A DNA stretch of 64,000 bases from Bacteroidales bacterium (GCA_016290295.1 JAEETJ010000001.1:160883-224882), one strand, 5' to 3'; shown: positions 28,141 through 37,927, counted from the first letter of the stretch. Notes: generated by a model from the letters alone, not told the origin. Program-made: numbers and translations.

Positions 28141-28406
28141 CAAAATGTGCCGAAGGCACAATATCCTATTAACCCCGCACAAGCGCGATAGCATCTGCGA
28201 GCCTCGAAGAGGCGACACCTTGAAAGACTCATAATAAGCGAATCTCTGTCTGTCAAGACCCTATGGCTCCGTAGCACCATTCCAACCTTTCGCGGCATGC
28301 CTGACTTAGCATCGAGGCTGGCTTGTCCCGTGCCGCGAGGAGCGTTGATTGAGCATTCCAGCCCCACACTAACGTGCGGGGTTATTGAAATTCGACCTCT
28401 TCGAGG
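28141..28406. repeat. two GC-rich hairpin modules in convergent orientation between uvrC and the orphan gene
   Basis: The plus-strand copy has H1 gtgcc-gaa-ggcac (28147-28159) followed by tattaaccccgcacaagcgcgatagc. The minus-strand copy is cctc-ttc-gagg (28396-28406) followed by ccccacac-taac-gtgcgggg. Confidence 0.7.
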
Positions 28407-28514
28407 CCGGAATCTAATTTGTCATACAAAAGAAATAGAAAACTAATGATATTTATTGCATCAGTACTATTTTATTATTATTACGATGCAAAATATATAT
28501 GGGAAAAGCCTACA

Positions 28515-29261
28515 CTACGGATGCATAGTTTTAGGATACAACATTCGGGCGAAATTCATATTACAGATAAATTCTTCTCGAAGCTTGTCATCGGAGATGA
28601 CCTCTCCGAATACATTCGAATTCTCTCGTATGTATTCTTGCATCAAGTCATTGTTCATCAAGCGGTATAAATCAGCACAATTGTCGCATCCATTTTCATC
28701 GGGGTCTATTTTCACTCCATTCACATAAATATTCTCAGGCAAATCGGAAAATATCGGTTCCTTTCCAGGTAAAAATATCGCCAAACGCATAGTCGGAACG
28801 ATGCTGGAAATATAATGCACAGGACTCTCTTCATCAAAAACATGATAACCGAATCTGGAATATCGAACCATAGATAAACTCTGGTGGGGAGATAATGAAC
28901 TGAGTAATTGGATTACATGACCATCACCGCTACGGTCACGCCACTTAGAATCCGTGTAATCCAGTTTTATCTTCCACCATCTTTCTCCTGTTTTGTAGTA
29001 ATACAGATAAAAATCACAATCAGTTGGGAAACTTTTTGTGACATTCAGCATAGTATCACCCGTATTGTTAAATTCTAATGCAATCTCGAAATTAACGTTG
29101 GAATAAGTAATTACTCCATCCCGATATTTAAGATATTCACTTTTCTGATTGGAAACATTGTCGAAACTAATACTTTTAAATACTAACTCCTGTGCTTCGC
29201 ATCTTATTGAAGCAAGCATTAAAGCAGCGATAACGAAGAGAAGAAGGTAGTGTTTTCTCAT
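28515..29261 (-). CDS. hypothetical secreted protein (AT-rich orphan)
   Basis: Signal peptide MRKHYLLLFVIAALMLASIRCEAQ, with a -7 box 20 nt upstream. No recognisable domain. Composition is visibly more AT-rich than the flanking uvrC and sialidase genes. Confidence 0.6.
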   Translation of the reverse strand: MRKHYLLLFVIAALMLASIRCEAQELVFKSISFDNVSNQKSEYLKYRDGVITYSNVNFEIALEFNNTGDTMLNVTKSFPTDCDFYLYYYKTGERWWKIKLDYTDSKWRDRSGDGHVIQLLSSLSPHQSLSMVRYSRFGYHVFDEESPVHYISSIVPTMRLAIFLPGKEPIFSDLPENIYVNGVKIDPDENGCDNCADLYRLMNNDLMQEYIRENSNVFGEVISDDKLREEFICNMNFARMLYPKTMHP

Positions 29262-29280
29262 TGTAACAGTTTTTACTATG

Positions 29281-29288
29281 CAAAAGTA
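29281..29288 (-). promoter_or_regulatory. -7 box (tacttttg) for the AT-rich orphan gene
   Basis: Exact match to the consensus, 20 nt upstream of the ATG at 29261. Confidence 0.55.
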
Positions 29289-29381
29289 CAAAAAAACTGA
29301 TAAATACAAAAATATCATCTATATTTTTTTTACGACAGACACTTGAGTTATATACAATGTAAATGTTCCACAGAACAATTC

Positions 29382-30626
29382 TCACTTCTTCAAAGATACT
29401 GGTATATTGATAAACCACAACTCGCAAGCGCCGTTGGGGTTCTGCTCGATGTAGGCACCGACACTGCCGTCAGGCAAAACGGTCAAAGAGGAATACACCG
29501 ACGGACCGTTGAACAAAAGCAGAGTATCCTGCCAAGTTTTTCCTTCATCATAACTGAAGAAGATCGTGACATTCTCGCGATTCATGGAGTTGGGGATGGA
29601 GTGCATCAGCACATTCCGTTCACCCCCTCGGTCGGTAGCAGAAAGGCGTATGATATCGCCATTGCAAGCATTGGTAGTCATCTCGGGCCAGTGGCCCTGG
29701 GTGCCCCAGTGAACGCCGCCGTCTTCAGAGATGTTGTAACCTCTGGGACCGCTCTGCCGTGTGCTGAGCAGTACCCGGCCATCCACCAGTTCCACCAGTT
29801 TGGCCTCGTCACCACCGCTGAAAGCGCACTCCGATACCTGCCAGCTATGACCGTCATCATCGGAATACACCACAAAATTATCCGACACCCACTCGTCCCT
29901 GCGGAGCATAGGGACGGCAAACATAATGCGCCCTTTGTGCGCCCCGCGAGTCAGCCGCAAACCATTGCCTGAAGAGAAAAACGAAGCCCTATACTTCTGA
30001 CAAGCCGAATTCAACGCCTTTGTTCCCCATATTTGGAAGGTGATATCCTCCGGCTTTGACCATGTTTTACCGCCGTCAAGACTGCGGGTGACAAACAAAC
30101 GGATGGGGTCTTCCTCCGTAGATTGAAAATAACCGTTACCACCCGCAAACGCACAAATCACCTCACCCTTTTCGGTCACCACCAAAGCGGGGTCTCCAAA
30201 GCCCTTTTTCACTCCTTGTCCCGCGGCAATAGTCACCGGCTCGCTCCAAGTGCGACCGTTATCCGTGCTCCGACGAGCCACTATGTCAATATCCTGAGGC
30301 AAGTCGCCCTCGTTGAATTTACGCTTGTCGTTCACCGCCAACAGACTGCCATCTGGCAAAGCACTCAGCGCAGGAATACGCCAGTTGGCGGAACCATAAT
30401 CTCCCGGTGCATACAATCTATGGCGATAAAAAGTAGCGGTATCCGTTGACAAACCATGACCTTGAGGTTTAACATTTTCCTTTGGTTTCTGCTGGTAAAT
30501 CGTGGAAAGCCCTACCCTGTCGGAGACACGGCGCAAATCATCCACTTGGGCTTGAGCTATAGAAAAAATGCCTGTTAGCAGCAAGCCCAATAGCAAAGCA
30601 ACAATAGAAGAACAGGTATGTTTCAT
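29382..30626 (-). CDS. exo-alpha-sialidase (GH33)
   Basis: RIP motif (NWRIPAL) and five Asp-boxes (STDNGRTW, SLDGGKTW, SDDDGHSW, SEDGGVHW, SYDEGKTW). Signal peptide begins at MKHTCSSIVALLL (ATG at 30626). Confidence 0.9.
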   Translation of the reverse strand: MKHTCSSIVALLLGLLLTGIFSIAQAQVDDLRRVSDRVGLSTIYQQKPKENVKPQGHGLSTDTATFYRHRLYAPGDYGSANWRIPALSALPDGSLLAVNDKRKFNEGDLPQDIDIVARRSTDNGRTWSEPVTIAAGQGVKKGFGDPALVVTEKGEVICAFAGGNGYFQSTEEDPIRLFVTRSLDGGKTWSKPEDITFQIWGTKALNSACQKYRASFFSSGNGLRLTRGAHKGRIMFAVPMLRRDEWVSDNFVVYSDDDGHSWQVSECAFSGGDEAKLVELVDGRVLLSTRQSGPRGYNISEDGGVHWGTQGHWPEMTTNACNGDIIRLSATDRGGERNVLMHSIPNSMNRENVTIFFSYDEGKTWQDTLLLFNGPSVYSSLTVLPDGSVGAYIEQNPNGACELWFINIPVSLKK

Positions 30627-30644
30627 AATATTTGTAACAACTTG

Positions 30645-30652
30645 CAAAGATA
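30645..30652 (-). promoter_or_regulatory. -7 box (tatctttg) for the sialidase gene
   Basis: Exact match to the consensus, 19 nt upstream of the ATG at 30626. Confidence 0.6.
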
Positions 30653-30761
30653 CAATAATTTTACAGACGAACCCCATTACATTTTTCGCACGGCTGCCAC
30701 AATGTGACAGCCCTACATCTTGCGAACGCATGCGATGCGTCCCTACATTTTGAATTTAAAA

Positions 30762-30831
30762 TGATTAGCACATTGTCTCATTGGCACATTAAAATCATTT
30801 GCTAATTTGCTAATTAACTAATTTGCTAATT
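30762..30831. repeat. ATTAGCACAT / ATTTGCTAAT word array
   Basis: atgattagcacattgtctcattggcacattaaaatcatttgctaatttgctaattaactaatttgctaatt. Confidence 0.8.
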
Positions 30832-30842
30832 GAAAAATTGTG

Positions 30843-30850
30843 TATCTTTG
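30843..30850 (+). promoter_or_regulatory. -7 box (tatctttg) for glnS
   Basis: Exact match to the consensus. The TTTG of the last ATTTGCTAATT unit lies 17 nt upstream, in the -33 position. Confidence 0.6.
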
Positions 30851-30907
30851 CAAGTTAAAACTATTTTGCGGGCAAAGGCTCGCTTTTTACCCTAAATATT
30901 TGACACT

Positions 30908-32533
30908 ATGAATTTTATTGAAGAAATCATCGAGGAAGACATTCGGAACAACAAGAACGACGCCAAGGTAAAGACCCGTTTTCCTCCCGAACCCAACGGT
31001 TACTTGCACATCGGCCACGCCAAGGCTATCTGCATCGACTTCGGGATGGCGCAGAAATACGGCGGCACTACCAACTTGCGTTTCGATGACACCAACCCTG
31101 TGAAAGAAGACGTTGAATACGTGGACTCCATCCGCGAAGACATTCAATGGTTGGGCTTCCAGTGGGCTGAAGAACATTATGCCTCCGATTATTTCGAACA
31201 ATTATACCAGTGGGCCGAACAGCTCATCCAGGAAGGGAAAGCATACGTTGACGACTCCACTCAGGAAGAAATCAGCACCATGCGTGGCGTGCCCACCAAA
31301 CCAGGTACCCCCAGCCCCTACCGTGACCGCAGTGTGGAAGAAAACCTCGACCTCTTCCGCCGTATGCGTGCCGGTGAGTTCCCCGATGGCAGCAAGGTGC
31401 TGCGCGCCAAAATCGACATGGACTCGCCCAACATGCACATGCGCGACCCCATCATGTACCGCATCCTGCATGCCCATCATCACCGTACCGGTGACAAGTG
31501 GTGCATCTACCCGATGTACGACTACGCCCACGGACAGAGCGACTCCATCGAAGGGATCACCCACTCTATCTGCACGCTGGAATTCGAGGTACACCGTCCG
31601 CTGTACGACTGGTTCTGCGAAGCGCTGAAAATCCATCATCCGCAGCAGATCGAGTTCGCCCGACTGAACCTTAGCTACACCATCATGAGCAAGCGCAAGC
31701 TGATGCAACTGGTACAAGAAAAACACGTCATGGGCTGGGACGACCCGCGTATGCCCACCATCTGCGGTCTGCGCCGTCGCGGCTATACCCCACAGTCTAT
31801 CCGCAACTTCGCTGAAACTGTCGGTGTGGCCAAACGTGACAATATCATCGATGTGTCACTGCTGGAGTTCTGCGCTCGCGAGGACCTCAACAAAGTGGCT
31901 ACACGTACCATGGCTGTGCTTGACCCTGTAAAGTTAATCATCGACAATTATCCTGATGGACAAACCGAAGAAGTAGATGCTGTCAACAATCCTGAAGACC
32001 CCAATGCTGGTACCCGCAAGCTGCCGTTTGGCAAGGAATTATGGATTGAACGCGCCGACTTCAGGGAAGTGGCCGACAAAAAGTTCTACCGTCTGACTAT
32101 CGGCAGCGAGGTGCGTCTCAAATATGCATACATTATCAAATGTACCCATATCGACAAAGATGCTGACGGCAATATCACCGCTATCCATGTCACCTACGAC
32201 CCGGAAACCAAGAGCGGCCTGCCATTGAGCAACCGCAAGGTGAAAGCCACCATTCACTGGGTAAACGTTAATCACGCACAGGAAGCCGAAGTGAGATTGT
32301 TTGAGCGACTGTTCAAAGTTCCTGCTCCGGACGATTGTGAGGAAGGCCAAACCTTTATCGACCATATCAACCCCGACTCACTGCATATCACCAAAGCATA
32401 CGTCGAGGAGACCATCAACCTGAACAACAAAGCCGACTACTACCAATTTGAGCGTACTGGCTATTTCTGCGTGGACAAAGACTCCACTGACGGACATTTG
32501 GTATTCAACAAGACCGTCAGTCTTAAACAATAA
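30908..32533 (+). CDS. glnS: glutamine--tRNA ligase
   Basis: Class I HIGH ([12 protein letters not shown]) and KMSKS (IMSKRK) motifs, a GlnRS-type anticodon-binding C-terminus, 541 aa. Confidence 0.95.
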   Translation: MNFIEEIIEEDIRNNKNDAKVKTRFPPEPNGYLHIGHAKAICIDFGMAQKYGGTTNLRFDDTNPVKEDVEYVDSIREDIQWLGFQWAEEHYASDYFEQLYQWAEQLIQEGKAYVDDSTQEEISTMRGVPTKPGTPSPYRDRSVEENLDLFRRMRAGEFPDGSKVLRAKIDMDSPNMHMRDPIMYRILHAHHHRTGDKWCIYPMYDYAHGQSDSIEGITHSICTLEFEVHRPLYDWFCEALKIHHPQQIEFARLNLSYTIMSKRKLMQLVQEKHVMGWDDPRMPTICGLRRRGYTPQSIRNFAETVGVAKRDNIIDVSLLEFCAREDLNKVATRTMAVLDPVKLIIDNYPDGQTEEVDAVNNPEDPNAGTRKLPFGKELWIERADFREVADKKFYRLTIGSEVRLKYAYIIKCTHIDKDADGNITAIHVTYDPETKSGLPLSNRKVKATIHWVNVNHAQEAEVRLFERLFKVPAPDDCEEGQTFIDHINPDSLHITKAYVEETINLNNKADYYQFERTGYFCVDKDSTDGHLVFNKTVSLKQ

Positions 32534-32637
32534 AAAATGGAAGGCATCTGAGGCTCAACAAAGCAAGAAGCCCAAACCATTTTCGACTTGTAACAACAAC
32601 CTGTTTGAAATAACAATCAGTTCGAAAGATTAAGAAG

Positions 32638-33066
32638 GTGGCACAACTACATTCTCTCACCGACTACGACACCAAACTTCTTTTAGCCTTTTTAGAAGGA
32701 TTGAAAGGAGATAAGAAGTTTTTGGACTTTCTGATTGCCAATAACTTCGCCGAACTGGCAGCATTAGCTAATGCCATCAATTCCGACACGGAAGCCTTGG
32801 ATTGGCTGCTCCGGAAAAGCAATTACCCCGAATTTGGTGTCTTGAGCAATGCCATCGACGGCGAAGAGAATGCTATTGAATGGCTAAAAAAATACCAGTG
32901 CGATTTTCTGTTGAAATTCGCACTGGCTTGCCGTAAAGATGACGAAGCCATCAAATGGTTCGCCGAACGGGATTTGAAGCTCTTCATCATGATCATCCAA
33001 AGAATCCACGAGATTTTATTGTTCCAATCTTGGGATTCTTCGGATGTTCATCGACGCAGATATTAG
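32638..33066 (+). CDS. hypothetical small alpha-helical repeat protein
   Basis: GTG start. Three ~30-aa repeats each end in a A(L/I)(D/E/K)W(L/F) motif (TEALDWLL, ENAIEWLK, DEAIKWFA). No known domain recognised. Confidence 0.45.
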   Translation: MAQLHSLTDYDTKLLLAFLEGLKGDKKFLDFLIANNFAELAALANAINSDTEALDWLLRKSNYPEFGVLSNAIDGEENAIEWLKKYQCDFLLKFALACRKDDEAIKWFAERDLKLFIMIIQRIHEILLFQSWDSSDVHRRRY

Positions 33067-34136
33067 AAGCTATATCCAATACCCAAACCCAACACTTCCT
33101 TAAACTGTACTCTCGGGCCTGTATTGCCGTTCTTGTCGGTAATCATGACTTGGTCGTAATACTTCAAAGAAGTCATCAAACTTACATTCAACACTTTCAG
33201 GAATTGATAGGAAATAGAGAAGTCCCAGTCCACATCGAAATTGCCGAATGGCTGTTTTTTATTGGTGTAAGGAGTAAATAATACCAGGGTTGACATCACG
33301 GTCAAATTCTTGTAGGTGTAGTTAACCTCAGCTTTGAAGGTCAAACCGAAGTCTGCCTTGTAGGGTTTGCCCGTAGTAGTGTCAATACCATACGAATGGC
33401 GCATTCCATTGACTGTATAGGGCATTACGAAATCGTCTGAATTTCTTGTAGGCTGGGCCAAGCAAGTGGTAATACGGCCAGCCACTGGTGACAAATACAA
33501 TGAGATAAACGGTTTCGGTTTCCAGTCGATACCGACAGAGAAATCGGAGTAAGAAGGTGACAGCCAGTTTGACACGTAGGTCGGCATATCATGCTCACCC
33601 TTGTCAAATTTGGCATAATCAAAACCTCTGGCATACTGTGACTTGAAAGATGCCATAGCGGTCACAAACCAAGTTTTCTTGAACTCGAAACCATACTTGG
33701 TACTGAAGTCAATCTTATCGCTGGATTTTCTCCAGTTGGTCTTTTTCAGGATAGTCTCACCATCCTCAGCCAATACGGGACGTGCACCCATAGTGTACAT
33801 CATACCCAGTTCGGTAAGCAAGTGTGCTTCCCATGAATGAAGACCTTTCTGATAGGCCAGATTCAAGTTAGCGAAAATAACACCATTGGCATTGTTCTGT
33901 CCACCGGCGGCCCAGTTTGTGAATGAAGTCTGGGTAAGGTTCAAGCCAACCACACCTGTCAACTTCCAGTATTTCTGCCAGTTGGTGGAATCCTTCGGCA
34001 GATTGGGATCCACATTCTTTTTCTTGAAAAGCTGGGAAGTTTGAGGGGAGAATGTCTTGCCATAACCAATTTCGGCTGCATTCACCATGATTGCTGATGC
34101 AATGAACAAACAGGTTAAAAGTAAAATTTTTCTCAT
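33063..34136 (-). CDS. DUF3078-like outer-membrane beta-barrel protein
   Basis: Signal peptide, alternating beta-strand pattern, NWAAGGQNN motif, and a C-terminal aromatic residue (GIGYSF). Confidence 0.7.
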   Translation of the reverse strand: MRKILLLTCLFIASAIMVNAAEIGYGKTFSPQTSQLFKKKNVDPNLPKDSTNWQKYWKLTGVVGLNLTQTSFTNWAAGGQNNANGVIFANLNLAYQKGLHSWEAHLLTELGMMYTMGARPVLAEDGETILKKTNWRKSSDKIDFSTKYGFEFKKTWFVTAMASFKSQYARGFDYAKFDKGEHDMPTYVSNWLSPSYSDFSVGIDWKPKPFISLYLSPVAGRITTCLAQPTRNSDDFVMPYTVNGMRHSYGIDTTTGKPYKADFGLTFKAEVNYTYKNLTVMSTLVLFTPYTNKKQPFGNFDVDWDFSISYQFLKVLNVSLMTSLKYYDQVMITDKNGNTGPRVQFKEVLGLGIGYSF

Positions 34137-34152
34137 AATAATAATATTTAGT

Positions 34153-35328
34153 TTAACGATTCATCTTATGATAAGCGCGCCACCAGCGTTCAGAAATCTT
34201 ATCCTTACATGCGATTTCGTAGTCTTTGCGCGAACAGGGCAGAAAATATTTCTGCTCTATATCTTTCTTGATATTGATAACCGGTACTATCACCCACCAA
34301 CGGCCTGTTTTCTTGCTGCAGTAGAATTCCATTTCATCTACTGCTTCCGACACGGCGACACTATAGCGGTTGTACATGTTTTTATCCTTAAAGGAAGTAT
34401 CTCCTTGACGGTGAATATAGCCTTCCACAAAATACCACAGGACATGTCCTATCAGCTGAGCGGTCTGGAAAGAGGTGTCCAAGGTTGGGTCGTACTCATA
34501 AATGCCGAAAGAAGACAATTTGTCGCTCACCCCGGCAAAACGGGCCACCTGGCAGATTTCCTCGCCATAAAAGCCATTGGCGGAAGCATTGGGATTGCCT
34601 GGCGCATCAGCACGACGCACAGCGGAAATATCGATACTCATCATTTCCGCATTGCGTACAATAGGCTCAATTTCTTCCATATCCTTACGCATCGTACCCA
34701 CCCTGTAGGTTTCAAAAAACAGTTGGTTCATCAGCTCAATGCTTTCAGGACTATTCATATAAGTCTGATAACCTATATTGGAATAATTGAGCAGATAATT
34801 GGGTTGCTGCAAGATAATCCTGTTCAGGTAGCGGTCAGAACGGATATCTGCCTCTTCGGAGCCTAAGTCGAAACGGGAATCTACCGCCACAATATTCACC
34901 ACCTGCTCCAATTTCTCATAGGCCCTATAGTTGGCGAAAGCCAAGTCGTTGCTGCCCCCCAGAACAATCGGGATAATCTTATTCTCAATCAAATAAGCGA
35001 GAATATCCGACAACACCTGATAGGTATCCTCAACGGTTTTGCCGAGAATCAGGTTACCCATATCCACAATCTTCACTTCTCTCTCCCAGCGATACAGGCG
35101 ATAAAACTGACTGCGGATTTCATCTGGTGCAAGAGAGCAAGAGCTGTTGTTAAAAGCATTGCGGGATTCCGGCACGCCTATCACCGCAAACTCCACACCA
35201 TCCATATCCAACTGGCCATCAGGGTGAAAGAAACAGACATTGCTGATCAGCAACGAAGCGTCATAGCTTTCTTTCGGGAAACCTATGGCATTAAAGTCCA
35301 CCGGATCAAAATAAGGCGTTATGTCCAT
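34153..35328 (-). CDS. arginase/formimidoylglutamase-fold protein with non-canonical metal-site residues
   Basis: The ureohydrolase fold blocks are recognisable but altered: GGSND where GGDHS is expected, DSRFD where DAHxD is expected, and SIDIS where SxDxD is expected. Confidence 0.75.
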   Translation of the reverse strand: MDITPYFDPVDFNAIGFPKESYDASLLISNVCFFHPDGQLDMDGVEFAVIGVPESRNAFNNSSCSLAPDEIRSQFYRLYRWEREVKIVDMGNLILGKTVEDTYQVLSDILAYLIENKIIPIVLGGSNDLAFANYRAYEKLEQVVNIVAVDSRFDLGSEEADIRSDRYLNRIILQQPNYLLNYSNIGYQTYMNSPESIELMNQLFFETYRVGTMRKDMEEIEPIVRNAEMMSIDISAVRRADAPGNPNASANGFYGEEICQVARFAGVSDKLSSFGIYEYDPTLDTSFQTAQLIGHVLWYFVEGYIHRQGDTSFKDKNMYNRYSVAVSEAVDEMEFYCSKKTGRWWVIVPVINIKKDIEQKYFLPCSRKDYEIACKDKISERWWRAYHKMNR

Positions 35329-35329
35329 T

Positions 35330-37822
35330 TTATTTTTTTCTTCTGTAAGTGGTTTTCTTGGCTGTGGGGGTTGTATTACTGATAATCTCCATACAATCCT
35401 CGTAAGTCAGATTTTCAGCTATTCTGCCCTTCGGAATCTTGTAATTGTTGGTGCCATCAGTGATATAAGCGCCATAACGGCCATTCATCACCTTAATATT
35501 TTCATTCTCTTTGAAGTCTGCCAACACATTACGGGTAGCTGAACCGTCAATGATTTCAGCAGCCTTCTCCAAGGTCATTTCAGATACCACGGTACCCTTG
35601 TCCAGTGTGATATTCTTATCATCATATTTCAGATATGGACCATATCTGCCAGCAGCCACAAAGACTTCTTTACCATTGTGTTCACCCAACAGACGCGGAG
35701 CATGCTCCTGATCACCTTTCTTCTTCAGTTCTATCAATTCCACAGCTCGCTCGTAAGAGATATCCGTAGGTTCTTCAGTCTTAGGAATAGACACAAAATT
35801 GTTATGGTATTTAACGTATGGACCGAATTTACCGATACCGATAACGAGAGGTTCACCTTCATAATCACCAAGAGTCTTAGGTAACTTGAACAAATCAAGA
35901 GCCTCTTCAAGGGTAATACTCTCAATGGACTGGGTTTTCTTCATACGGGCATAACGCGGCTTTTCGTCCTCGTAGTTCTCCCCTATCTGCACCATCGGAC
36001 CATATTTGCCCAATTTGGCATATACGTTAGCGTTGGTTTTCGGGTCAGCTCCCAACAGACGCTCACCGCTGGCCTTGGTAGAATAAGTAATGGCATCCTC
36101 AATGGAATGATGGAAGTCTCCATAGAACTGGTTGATCATCTCTTGCCATTTGATTTTGCCTTCGGCGATATCATCGAATTCTTTCTCCACATTGGCGGTA
36201 AAGCCATAGTCCATAATCTCGTCAAAATTATCCTGCAGGTAGTCATTCACCACAATACCTATATCTGTGGGGAAGATTTTATCTTTTTCGAAACCATATT
36301 TTTCCTTCTTGACAGATTCATGCACACTGCCGTTTTTCAGTTTCAGCTGAATATAATCCCTTTCTGAACCCTGACGTGTCTCTTTCACCACATACTCACG
36401 TTTCAGAATGGTGGAAATGGTAGGCGCAAAGGTTGAAGGACGACCAATACCCAGTTCCTCCAGTTTCTTTACCAAACTGGCTTCGGTATATCTTACTGGA
36501 GGTTGTGAGAACTTCTGTGTAGCGATAATTTCCGCAGCATTCACTTTCTCACCTACAGCCAAGGTTGGCAACCAACCCTTTACTTCCTCATCTTCTTCAT
36601 CCTTCGATTCAATATATACTTTTAAGAAACCATGGAACAAAATCACTTCACCAGTCACAACGAATTTTTCGGGACGGTTGGATACAGGAATAGTGATGAC
36701 GGTTTTCTCAGTTTGCGCGTCACTCATCTGAGAGGCGATGGTACGTTTCCAAATTAGCTCATACAAACGTTTGGCAAAGGTATCGCCCGGGATGGTATGG
36801 TTGCTCATGGATGTAGGACGGATAGCCTCGTGAGCTTCCTGAGCACCTTTTATTTTGTTAGCGTATTTACGGGGATGTGAGTACTCTTCACCATATTGCT
36901 TGATGATTTCCTCTTTGGCACCCTGGATAGCGAAATCGGAAAGGTTAACAGAGTCAGTTCTCATGTAGGTGATATAACCCTGTTCATACAGCTGCTGGGC
37001 TATTACCATGGTTTTGCTAACAGAGAAGCCCAGTTTGCGGGAAGCTTCCTGCTGCAAAGTAGAGGTAGTGAAAGGAGCTGCAGGCACTTTCTTACCAGGA
37101 TTTTTTTCTACCGCACTAATGCTATATGTAGCTGATTTACAATCTTCCAAGAAAGCCAAAGTTTTATCCTTGTCGTTAAAACGAGTATCCAACTCTGCTT
37201 CAAACTCACTATTTTTATCTTTTTCTGAATTGAAATTACCGGTGATACGATAAGCAGAAGTCACTTTGAAATCCTTGATTTCGTGCTCCCGTTCCACAAT
37301 CAGCTTAACGGCCACAGATTGCACACGGCCGGCGGAAAGCTGCGGTTTCACCTTGCGCCAGAGCACGGGTGACAGCTCGAATCCCACCAAACGGTCGAGG
37401 ATACGGCGGGCTTGCTGAGCGTTGACCAAATCCACATCCAGCTGGCGCGGATTAGCCAAAGCTCTTTCAATAGCCGACTTGGTGATTTCGTGAAATACAA
37501 TACGTTTGGTCTTGGCAGGGGCGATATCTGCCACTTCCATCAGGTGCCACGAGATAGCCTCGCCCTCGCGGTCATCATCGGTAGCAAGCCAGACGGTGTC
37601 TGCCTCGTTGGCCAATTTCTTGATATCTTGGATTAATTTCTTCTTGTCATCAAGAACTTCATACTTGGGCTGAAAACCCTTGGGAATGTCAATTCCCAAA
37701 TCTTTTTGCGGCAGGTCGCGGACATGTCCCTTGCTGGAGACAACCGTAAAGTCCTTACCGATAAACTTTTGGATAGTCTTGGCTTTTGCCGGAGACTCAA
37801 CAATGATCAAATCCTTGCTCAT
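35330..37822 (-). CDS. topA: DNA topoisomerase I
   Basis: Toprim domain (LIIVESPAKAKTI, TDDDREGEAI), the active-site region (GYITYMRTDS), and C-terminal repeated domains; 830 aa. Confidence 0.95.
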   Translation of the reverse strand: MSKDLIIVESPAKAKTIQKFIGKDFTVVSSKGHVRDLPQKDLGIDIPKGFQPKYEVLDDKKKLIQDIKKLANEADTVWLATDDDREGEAISWHLMEVADIAPAKTKRIVFHEITKSAIERALANPRQLDVDLVNAQQARRILDRLVGFELSPVLWRKVKPQLSAGRVQSVAVKLIVEREHEIKDFKVTSAYRITGNFNSEKDKNSEFEAELDTRFNDKDKTLAFLEDCKSATYSISAVEKNPGKKVPAAPFTTSTLQQEASRKLGFSVSKTMVIAQQLYEQGYITYMRTDSVNLSDFAIQGAKEEIIKQYGEEYSHPRKYANKIKGAQEAHEAIRPTSMSNHTIPGDTFAKRLYELIWKRTIASQMSDAQTEKTVITIPVSNRPEKFVVTGEVILFHGFLKVYIESKDEEDEEVKGWLPTLAVGEKVNAAEIIATQKFSQPPVRYTEASLVKKLEELGIGRPSTFAPTISTILKREYVVKETRQGSERDYIQLKLKNGSVHESVKKEKYGFEKDKIFPTDIGIVVNDYLQDNFDEIMDYGFTANVEKEFDDIAEGKIKWQEMINQFYGDFHHSIEDAITYSTKASGERLLGADPKTNANVYAKLGKYGPMVQIGENYEDEKPRYARMKKTQSIESITLEEALDLFKLPKTLGDYEGEPLVIGIGKFGPYVKYHNNFVSIPKTEEPTDISYERAVELIELKKKGDQEHAPRLLGEHNGKEVFVAAGRYGPYLKYDDKNITLDKGTVVSEMTLEKAAEIIDGSATRNVLADFKENENIKVMNGRYGAYITDGTNNYKIPKGRIAENLTYEDCMEIISNTTPTAKKTTYRRKK

Positions 37823-37880
37823 CTTTTTCCTCCTATTTAATAGTATATATTAATATGTATTATCAAAAAATTTGCGGCGG

Positions 37881-37888
37881 CAAAAATA
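37881..37888 (-). promoter_or_regulatory. -7 box (tatttttg) for the topA operon
   Basis: Exact match to the consensus. The TTTG of the repeat array lies 17 nt upstream. Confidence 0.6.
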
Positions 37889-37897
37889 CAAAAAATA

Positions 37898-37927
37898 TTA
37901 ATTAGCAAATTAGCAAATTAGTAAATG
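37898..37927. repeat. ATTAGCAAAT word array
   Basis: ttaattagcaaattagcaaattagtaaatg. Confidence 0.8.

Noticed and set aside
28104-28367. 87-aa ORF downstream of uvrC.
   Set aside because: It is a translation of the hairpin-module DNA. It overlaps the uvrC stop in antisense and has no signal or motif.
29382-30626. Is the sialidase part of a polysaccharide utilisation locus or nan operon?
   Set aside because: No SusC/SusD, nanA/nanE/nanT or regulator genes are adjacent. The neighbours are glnS and an orphan secreted protein.
33063-33066. Convergent genes with overlapping stop codons (TTAG: tta on the minus strand, tag on the plus strand).
   Set aside because: It is real in the sequence, but this is a common compact-genome arrangement. 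There is no additional signal, and the start and reality of the plus-strand 142-aa gene are themselves uncertain.
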